A stretch of 36,164 nucleotides of DNA from the NCBI GenBank assembly GCA_964643675.1, contig CAZXTO010000002.1:1-36164 (forward strand), written 5' to 3'. The notes under the pieces are model-generated. The model saw only the letters and a program-made list of their open reading frames with translations. It was not told where the DNA came from and did no database searches. Each line of letters opens with the position of its first letter. The first letter of the stretch is position 1. This DNA comes from an uncultured Planctomycetales bacterium. Its GTDB lineage: Bacteria; Planctomycetota; UBA1135. Positions 7,705-14,351 of the stretch are shown piece after piece. Position numbers and translations under genes: made by a program.

Positions 7705-10371
7705 TCAGCCCTCCACGCGCAGGAAGGAGAGGAAGGCCGCCTCGAGCTCCTCCAGGGAGGCGAAGCCGAAGTCCAGCCAGAAGTCGGACCGGCTGCGGCC
7801 TTCGTGGAAGTCGCGGCACAGCTCGAGCAGCTGCTTCGGGCCGTCCTCGCCGCAGCGGTTCCACAGGAAGAAGCACAGCGCCGCGCTCTGCTCGAGGCAG
7901 ACCCAATAGCCGGAGAGCAGGCGGTGGCGGAGTCTCCGCTTGGGGAAGACCGTGGCCCGGTGCTCCTGGTGCAGGCCGACCCGCTCGTTGCGGCTCACGC
8001 TCAGCACCAGCTCGAGGGGCAGCAGCTCGCCCAGCTCGAGCAGGCGGGCGCTGAGGTCGACCGGGCCGAGGCTCGGGTCGGCGAGGTCGCGGCCGGGTCG
8101 GCGCAGGTCCAGCTCCTGGCCCTCCACCAGGCGCGCCAGGCCGTCGAGCACCCACGACCCGGGCGCGTCGTTGCTGCCCCTCGAGCGCCAGCCGCTGCGC
8201 CGGTCCAGGACCAGGATGCCTGCCTCGAAGCTGATCGCATCGCGCAGCTCGCGGGCCTCGAGGTGCACCTCCTCGGCGGAAGGGACGTAGGCCAGGAGGA
8301 GCTCCTCGTCCCGGACCGTGGCGGCGATCCCCATTCCGGGCAAGCCCATCGAGCGGGCTTCGGCCAGGCAGGCGACCGGGTCGGCGTGCAGGCGGATCTC
8401 GATCGGGTCGGAGGCTTCCCCCTGCGGCAGCTCCAGCCAGGCGCGGTACTCCTGGATGGTGGCCTCGGTCGCGGAGAGGGCGTCCGCCGCCAGCTCCGGC
8501 TCGACGTCGAGGCAGAGCAGCAGGACGTTGTCGGTGCGCAGCGCCGCGAAGTCCTCTTCCCAGGGCGCGCTCCTCTCCTTCGCCAGCAACGGGTCCTCCG
8601 GATCCACGAAGCGGGCGCCGATCGGAGCCAGGGCCCGGCTCCAACGGATCCAGTCCGCGGCGGCTCCCTCGGCCTCGCGGCGCGGGAAGCCCGCCGGGAT
8701 CCAGGGGCGGACGCGCTCCAGCTCGGGTTCGCGGCCGGCGAGCTCGCTGGCTTCGAGGTGGAGCAGGGTGGCCACCCCAGGCATGCCCTGAGCGACGCAC
8801 CAGTCCTCGGCGCGCTGTTCGGCCACGGCCAGCTCCTCGCGGCGGCCGGCCTCGGCCGCCGCGAGCTTCTCCCGCTGCTTCTTGGCGCTGCTCTTGGTGT
8901 TCTGCGCCACCCCGGCCAAGGGGCGGAGCAGCTCCGCGAGCTGGTCGGCGGAGGCGCCGGCGGCGAGGGCTTCCTCGGCCAGGCGGTAGGCCTCGGAGAC
9001 CTGGCGGGCCTTGGCTGCGTCCTTCATCAGCTCGCCGAGCAGGGCGAGCCGGTCCTGCTGCAGGCTCCGGCGCCAGGCGAGCAGGACCTCGCGCGGAGAG
9101 GCCGGCCGCTCGAGGGCGGCGCTGGCGAAGCGGGCCTCGATCTCGCTCGGGGCGAGCGGGTCGGCCACGGCCAAGTCCGCGCCCTCGGCCCGCAGGCAGA
9201 TCAGGTCGCCGCGCGGGTCCAGGGTGAGCAACTCGCCGTCGGCGATCGGGATCCAGGGGCAGACGGTGTCGAACTCGGTGCGCCACAGCCGCTCCTCCTT
9301 CGCCAGGTCGATCGCCAGGCCGCCGCCGTAGAGCACCTCCCGCGCCCGGCTCAGGCGGACCTCGTCCGATCCGTCCGGCAAGGTGGGGAGGATGTCGAGC
9401 GGGGTGTTGTTGCCGCGGTCGTCCTGCCGCACGAAGCCGCCCTTCTCGTCGAAGCCGTACAGGTAGCCGCCCCAGCGCACCGGGTCCGGCTGCAGCAGGC
9501 TCATCATCGAGAGCGTGGCCAGGTCCACGACCAGGCCGGCGAACTGCCGCCCTTCGGCCTCGAAGGCGTTCGGGCCGCGCAGGTACCAGGTGGGCGTGGA
9601 CTTGCGCGGGTAGTCATCGGCGCCCGGCGGGGCGAAGGGCAGCACGGCGCAGTCCAGGTCCAGGGGGTCGCCGTCCATCTCGCCGCCGTTCACGACCTGG
9701 CAGGCCGGCTCCCACTCCTCGCCGAGCCGCGCCGGTTCCCACAGCCACAGCAGCAGGTCGGAGTTGCGCGAGCCCGGTCGGGTCTGCACCGCCACCGAGG
9801 CGACGCCGTGGTCGGAGACCGCCGGGCGGCCGAGTCCGGCGGCGACCCGGCCGAGCGGCTCGCCGTCGCGGAAGTCGATCGCCTGCAGCGCATTCGGGGC
9901 CTGGAGGTAGAGCAGCGGACCGTCCAGACAGGCGCGCGACTCGCCCTGCAGGCGCATCGACCAGTCGCGGCTGAAGCGGCCCTTGCGGAACAGGAAGCAG
10001 CGCAGCTGCTCCCGGTCCAGCACGCCGACCTGGCCGCCCCAGACCACCAGGCTGGCGCGGCGGATCTCCTTGTCGAGCTTGGTGTGGGCGAGGACCTCGC
10101 CGTCGCGGCTGTCGATCGCCAGCAGGGAGCGCTGTCCCTTCTCGGCGGTGACGATGAAGATCTCCCGCCCCCAGATCACCGGGTCGGACAGGACCGTGCC
10201 GAGCGGCCGGCGCCAGCGCTCGACCGGCCGGCCGGTCAGCGGCGCGACCGCGATGGTGGAGTCGCCCGCGGCGGTGCCGAGGTCCTGGTTCCAGTAGCGC
10301 TGGTCGAGCGCCTGCTGGGGTGCAGGGGCGGGGGGGAGGAAGCAAAGGGAAGCAAGGAGGAATGACAACAT
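7705..10371 (-). CDS. Secreted PQQ-like beta-propeller + helical linker + degenerate MA-peptidase-like domain protein, 888 aa (paralog B)
   Basis: Signal peptide MLSFLLASLCFLPPAPA, then RYWNQDLG (paralog A has RYWNQNLG). BamB/PQQ-like repeats follow (VIWGREIFIVT ... LLAIDSRDGEVL). The C-terminal domain is colinear with paralog A, but the HExxH position reads SFEAG and the downstream EG(F)A reads DGLA. Confidence 0.85.
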   Translation of the reverse strand: MLSFLLASLCFLPPAPAPQQALDQRYWNQDLGTAAGDSTIAVAPLTGRPVERWRRPLGTVLSDPVIWGREIFIVTAEKGQRSLLAIDSRDGEVLAHTKLDKEIRRASLVVWGGQVGVLDREQLRCFLFRKGRFSRDWSMRLQGESRACLDGPLLYLQAPNALQAIDFRDGEPLGRVAAGLGRPAVSDHGVASVAVQTRPGSRNSDLLLWLWEPARLGEEWEPACQVVNGGEMDGDPLDLDCAVLPFAPPGADDYPRKSTPTWYLRGPNAFEAEGRQFAGLVVDLATLSMMSLLQPDPVRWGGYLYGFDEKGGFVRQDDRGNNTPLDILPTLPDGSDEVRLSRAREVLYGGGLAIDLAKEERLWRTEFDTVCPWIPIADGELLTLDPRGDLICLRAEGADLAVADPLAPSEIEARFASAALERPASPREVLLAWRRSLQQDRLALLGELMKDAAKARQVSEAYRLAEEALAAGASADQLAELLRPLAGVAQNTKSSAKKQREKLAAAEAGRREELAVAEQRAEDWCVAQGMPGVATLLHLEASELAGREPELERVRPWIPAGFPRREAEGAAADWIRWSRALAPIGARFVDPEDPLLAKERSAPWEEDFAALRTDNVLLLCLDVEPELAADALSATEATIQEYRAWLELPQGEASDPIEIRLHADPVACLAEARSMGLPGMGIAATVRDEELLLAYVPSAEEVHLEARELRDAISFEAGILVLDRRSGWRSRGSNDAPGSWVLDGLARLVEGQELDLRRPGRDLADPSLGPVDLSARLLELGELLPLELVLSVSRNERVGLHQEHRATVFPKRRLRHRLLSGYWVCLEQSAALCFFLWNRCGEDGPKQLLELCRDFHEGRSRSDFWLDFGFASLEELEAAFLSFLRVEG

Positions 10372-10397
10372 GACGAATACCGTCGCCTAGCATTCTA
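10372..10397 (-). promoter_or_regulatory. Conserved upstream leader with CTAGAAT box (paralog B copy)
   Basis: The minus strand reads GCCTAGAAT-GCTAGGCGACGGTATTCGTC-ATGTTGTCA. The plus strand also forms GCCTAG-CATT-CTAGGC inverted arms. Confidence 0.3.
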
Positions 10398-10533
10398 GGC
10401 CTCCCTCCCGCACCGCCCGTGAACCTGAGCCGATCGACCGCATCGATCCATCGGGCCGCCTGGAAGCACCGATATCGCGGGCACCGCTCCCCGAATCTCG
10501 GCGACTGCTCTTGTGCCGCGCCGAGCGACGAGG

Positions 10534-11565
10534 ATGATGAACCCGCCGCCCGCGCCCATGCTCCTTGCCTGCCTCCTCCTCTCCGCCTGCGCGCTCGCGC
10601 CGCCGCAGGACCCCGAAGCTGCGGCGATCCGAGTCGCCGAACTGCCCGACGGAGGGCTCCGCCTCCAGGCGGGCGAGGCGCCGCTGCTGGTCTATCGCGC
10701 GCGCCAGGTTCCCCTGCCCGCCGGCTACCTCGAGCGGGTCGCCGAAGGCAATCGACGCTACGCCCGGCCGCGCAGCGGCTACCTGCACCCGCTCTACGGC
10801 CTCGACGGCGAGGAGCTGACCCTCGACTGGAGCCTCGACCACCCGCACCACCGCGGCATCTACTGGGCCTGGCCCGAGCTGCGGTGGGGCGAGCGGACCG
10901 GCGATCTGCACGCCTTGCAGGAGGTCTGGTCCCGGCCGGTGGGGGAGCCCAGCACCCGGACCGACCCGGCGACCGGCGCGGTCGTGCTGGCGGCCGACAA
11001 CCTCTGGTCGTGGCAGGACGGATCTCCGGTGGCCTTCGAGCGGGTGCAGATCACGGCCCACCCTCCTGAAGAGGACGGCGCTCGCGCGGTCGATCTCGCC
11101 TTGCGCTTCGAGGCGCTGGTCGACGAGCTGAGCCTGGCACGCCGCGGCACCGATCTCTACGGCGGCTTGAACCTGCGCTTGGCGCCGGTGGCGGACCTCG
11201 CGCTCGACCATCACCCGCCGACGGTGCCGATGGCCTGGCCGTCGAGCGCCTGGTCGAGCGCCACCGGGACCTGGCGCGGGGGAGAGCGCCGCACCACCTT
11301 GGCTGTGATCGAGCACCCCGCCAACCCGGACTTCCCGGGCGACTTCGTGAGCTACCCCGAGCTGCCCTGGTTCCAGCCGGCCTTCCCGCGCGCCGGCACC
11401 CGCTACGCCCTGCGGCGCGGCGAGCCCCTGCTCCTCCGCTACCGCCTCCGGATCTCCCCCGGGGAACCCGATCCCGGGGCCTTGGCCGACGCCTGCCTCG
11501 CCTTCGCCCTGCTCCCGGATCCCTTCGAGGCTCCGCCGCCCGCCAACGAGACCGAAGATCGATGA
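10534..11565 (+). CDS. DUF6807 (PmoA-like) family lipoprotein
   Basis: Lipobox LLLSAC after MMNPPPAPMLLAC. The family hallmark LDHPHHRGIYWAW is present. The track ORF begins at GTG 10513; I prefer ATG 10534/10537 because it gives a normal lipoprotein signal. The stop overlaps the next gene's start (ATGA at 11562..11565). Confidence 0.75.
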   Translation: MMNPPPAPMLLACLLLSACALAPPQDPEAAAIRVAELPDGGLRLQAGEAPLLVYRARQVPLPAGYLERVAEGNRRYARPRSGYLHPLYGLDGEELTLDWSLDHPHHRGIYWAWPELRWGERTGDLHALQEVWSRPVGEPSTRTDPATGAVVLAADNLWSWQDGSPVAFERVQITAHPPEEDGARAVDLALRFEALVDELSLARRGTDLYGGLNLRLAPVADLALDHHPPTVPMAWPSSAWSSATGTWRGGERRTTLAVIEHPANPDFPGDFVSYPELPWFQPAFPRAGTRYALRRGEPLLLRYRLRISPGEPDPGALADACLAFALLPDPFEAPPPANETEDR

Positions 11566-12884
11566 CCCACCCCACCCGACGCGAAGTCCTGATCAGCGGC
11601 GCCGCCGCCGCGATGAGCGCCCCGATCCTGCTGCCCTCCGCCGCCCTCGGCCGCCGCGGCCTCGCCGCCAACGACAAGATCGGCCTCGGCCTGATCGGCG
11701 CCGGCGGCATGGGATCGCACAACCTGCGCCAGTGCCTGGCCGACCCCGGCGCCGAGCTGGTCGCGGTGTGCGACGTGCAGCAGCACCGGGTCGACGCCTG
11801 GACGAAGGACCGCCCCGGCGTGAAGGGCTACCGCGATTACCGCGAGCTGCTCGCCGACCCCGCCATCGACGCCGTGATCATCGCCACGCCGCCGCACTGG
11901 CATTGCCTGCAGGCGGTCGAGGCTGCGGCCGCCGGCAAGCACGTCTACCTGCAGAAGCCGATGACCCTCTACCCGGCCGAGACCCTGGCGGTGCGCAACG
12001 CGATGCGGCGCCATGGGGTGGTGTGCCAGGTCGGCACCCAGATCCACCAGGCCGGCAACTACCGCCGCGTGGTCGACTGGGTGCGCTCGGGCAGGCTCGG
12101 TCCGGTCGGCCGCGTCGAGTGCTTCTGGGGCTGGAACATGGGCGCTGGCGGCATCGGCGTCGCGCCGCGGGAGGCGCCGCCGAAGGACATCGACTTCGAG
12201 CTGTGGCTCGGCCCGGCGCCGGCCTGCGACTACAACCGCCTGCTGGTGGCCGACGCCGCCATGCACTGCTCGTGGATGGCTTACTCCGGCGGCTGGACCC
12301 CCGGCATGGCGCCGCACCTGCTCGACCTGCCGGTGTGGGCCTTGGAGCTGGGCTTCCCCGAGCAGGTGAGCTGCTTCGGCGGCCGCTCGATCGTCGGCGG
12401 CGACGGCGACGCGCCCGACACCCAGGACATGATGTGGCGCTACCCAGGGCTGACGATGCGCTGGCACTTCAGCCAGTTCAACCACCACGGCTACGAGTTC
12501 GGCAGCGCGGTGCGGGCGCTCGGGGTCTACTTCCACGGCCTCAACGGCAGCCTGCGCACCAACTACGGCGAGCGCGAGGTCGTCGCCCAGCTCGAAGGCC
12601 TCGACCCCGCCGAGGAACCGGAAGCGCTGATCCCGCCCGGCGGCGTGCATGAGGTCGAGTGGCTCGACTGCATCCGCGACGGCGGCCAGCCGAGCTGCAA
12701 CGCCGACTACCACGCCAAGGTCGACCTCGCGATCACCCTGGGCAACCTCAGCTACGCGCTGGGCCGCACGATCCGCTTCGACCCGGTGAAGGAGGAGATC
12801 CTCGGCGACGAAGAGGCCGCGCGGCGGGCGGTGCCCGAGTACCGTGGGCCGTGGCGCTTCCCGGCGGAGTACCTCCGGAGCTGA
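11562..12884 (+). CDS. Tat-exported Gfo/Idh/MocA-family NAD(P)-dependent oxidoreductase, 440 aa
   Basis: Twin-arginine signal MTHPTRREVLISGAAAAMSAP. Rossmann motif IGLGLIGAGGMG. Also AVIIATPPHWH and HVYLQKPM. The gene is translationally coupled to the DUF6807 gene. Confidence 0.9.
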   Translation: MTHPTRREVLISGAAAAMSAPILLPSAALGRRGLAANDKIGLGLIGAGGMGSHNLRQCLADPGAELVAVCDVQQHRVDAWTKDRPGVKGYRDYRELLADPAIDAVIIATPPHWHCLQAVEAAAAGKHVYLQKPMTLYPAETLAVRNAMRRHGVVCQVGTQIHQAGNYRRVVDWVRSGRLGPVGRVECFWGWNMGAGGIGVAPREAPPKDIDFELWLGPAPACDYNRLLVADAAMHCSWMAYSGGWTPGMAPHLLDLPVWALELGFPEQVSCFGGRSIVGGDGDAPDTQDMMWRYPGLTMRWHFSQFNHHGYEFGSAVRALGVYFHGLNGSLRTNYGEREVVAQLEGLDPAEEPEALIPPGGVHEVEWLDCIRDGGQPSCNADYHAKVDLAITLGNLSYALGRTIRFDPVKEEILGDEEAARRAVPEYRGPWRFPAEYLRS

Positions 12885-12891
12885 ACCTGCC

Positions 12892-14343
12892 TCAGACCGT
12901 GTCCATCCGGTCGCGTCGCAGCTCGCGGATCTTCTTCGCTTCCTCCATCTCCCGGTAGTGCGGGTCGAGCGGGAAGCAGCCGCTCAGCATGCCGTGGCGC
13001 GGGCCGGTGGTGCAGTCGCTGAAGGTGCGGCACAGGCGCTTGGTCTGCAGCGGCTCGCCGCGCAGCAGGTGGAGCGGCAGCTCGGGGTAGGCCAGCATCA
13101 GGCGGCCGAAGCCGACCGAGTCGACGTGACCCTGACCGACCTCGTGCTCGGCCACGTGCGGGATGAACTCCTGCAGGTAGGTGTAGCCGGTGCCGACGAA
13201 GAACAGCCCCGGGAAGGCCGCCTTGCAGCGCCGCGCGGTGCGCACGTGGTCGGCCACCGACAAGAGCGGGTCCTCCGGCGGCTGGTAGCCGTCGCTGGGC
13301 GGGAAGGCCGCCGGCCGCTGCAGGTGCGGGCAGGTGTAGGGCGAGCCCATGGTCAGGTTGACCAGCTCGATGTCGAGCTCCTGCAGCAGGCGCAGGAAGG
13401 CGAAGGGCTCGTCCCAGGCGTGCTCGCGCGGATCCTGCTCGTCGACGCCGAAGCCGCTGGTGTAGGGCAGGTGCTGCTCCAGGCCGAGCGGCGCGCCGGC
13501 GCCGGTGTCTGGGTCTTCGCCGTGGGGGAAGACGTCGGCGATCGAGACCCGCACCCCGATCACCAGGCCGGGACAGGCGGCGCGGACCGCGTCGACGATC
13601 TCGCGGAACAGCCGCGTGCGGTTCTCGAAGCTGCCGCCGTAGTCGCCCTCGCGGGTGCGCGCGGCCATGAACTCGTGCAGCAGATATCCATGGCAGACCT
13701 TCACGTCGACGAAGTCGAAGCCGGCCTGCTGCGCCAGCTGGGCCGCCGCCACGTAGCGCTCGACGATGCCGGGCAGCTCCTCGTCCTGGATCAGCGCCGA
13801 GTCGTCGTTGATGCCGAGGCGCGGATCCAGCACCGGGTGACGGAAGGCGGTGCGCGGCGCCGCCCCCTCCGGAGTCGGCCGCGACCAGCGCCCGGAGTGG
13901 GTGAGCTGCAGGCCGACCACCAGGCCGGCGGTGCTCTCGCCGACCTCGTGGTGGCCGGCGACCACTTCCTCGCGGAGGGCGACCAGGCCGCCGAGCGCGT
14001 CCTCCTCGTCGTTGAGGTAGAGCTGGTGCGGGTTGGCGCGGCCGTCCTCCTGCACGGCGAAGGCCTCGCCGCCCCACACCAGCTTGCAGCCGCTGCGGCC
14101 GAAGTTGCGCCAGCGGCGCAGAGTGTGAGCGCTGGGCAGGCCGGCGGCGGTGCCGTCCCAGCCCTCCATCGGGTGGGCGCACAGGCGGTTGCCGAGCTTC
14201 AGGCCGGCGACCTCCGCGGGGCGCGCCAGCGGGCCATCCGGCCCCAGCACGTCGAGGGCGCAGTCGAGTTCGGGCGCCAGCCCGCGGTAGTAGGCGCGGA
14301 AGGCGGCGGCGTCGCGCAGCTTGGCGAGGTTCTGGTAGGCCAT
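12892..14343 (-). CDS. NADH:flavin oxidoreductase / Old Yellow Enzyme family protein, 483 aa
   Basis: The real start is MAYQNLAKL at 14343, 8 nt after the stop of the upstream gene. The track ORF's extra 121 codons overlap that gene and are R/P/A junk. OYE-type blocks are present: HPMEGW, LQLTHSGRW, FDFVDVKVCHGYLLHEF, GSFENRTR. A C-terminal 3-Cys segment resembles the Fe-S loop of 2,4-dienoyl-CoA reductase relatives. Confidence 0.85.
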   Translation of the reverse strand: MAYQNLAKLRDAAAFRAYYRGLAPELDCALDVLGPDGPLARPAEVAGLKLGNRLCAHPMEGWDGTAAGLPSAHTLRRWRNFGRSGCKLVWGGEAFAVQEDGRANPHQLYLNDEEDALGGLVALREEVVAGHHEVGESTAGLVVGLQLTHSGRWSRPTPEGAAPRTAFRHPVLDPRLGINDDSALIQDEELPGIVERYVAAAQLAQQAGFDFVDVKVCHGYLLHEFMAARTREGDYGGSFENRTRLFREIVDAVRAACPGLVIGVRVSIADVFPHGEDPDTGAGAPLGLEQHLPYTSGFGVDEQDPREHAWDEPFAFLRLLQELDIELVNLTMGSPYTCPHLQRPAAFPPSDGYQPPEDPLLSVADHVRTARRCKAAFPGLFFVGTGYTYLQEFIPHVAEHEVGQGHVDSVGFGRLMLAYPELPLHLLRGEPLQTKRLCRTFSDCTTGPRHGMLSGCFPLDPHYREMEEAKKIRELRRDRMDTV

Positions 14344-14351
14344 GAGGCGGC

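Noticed and set aside
6673-10365. Track ORF of 1230 aa on the plus strand
   Set aside because: It lies antisense to the two well-supported propeller-peptidase genes. The translation is low-complexity and rich in A/G/R/L/Q/P, with no motif. Long open antisense frames are expected at this GC content because stop codons are AT-rich.
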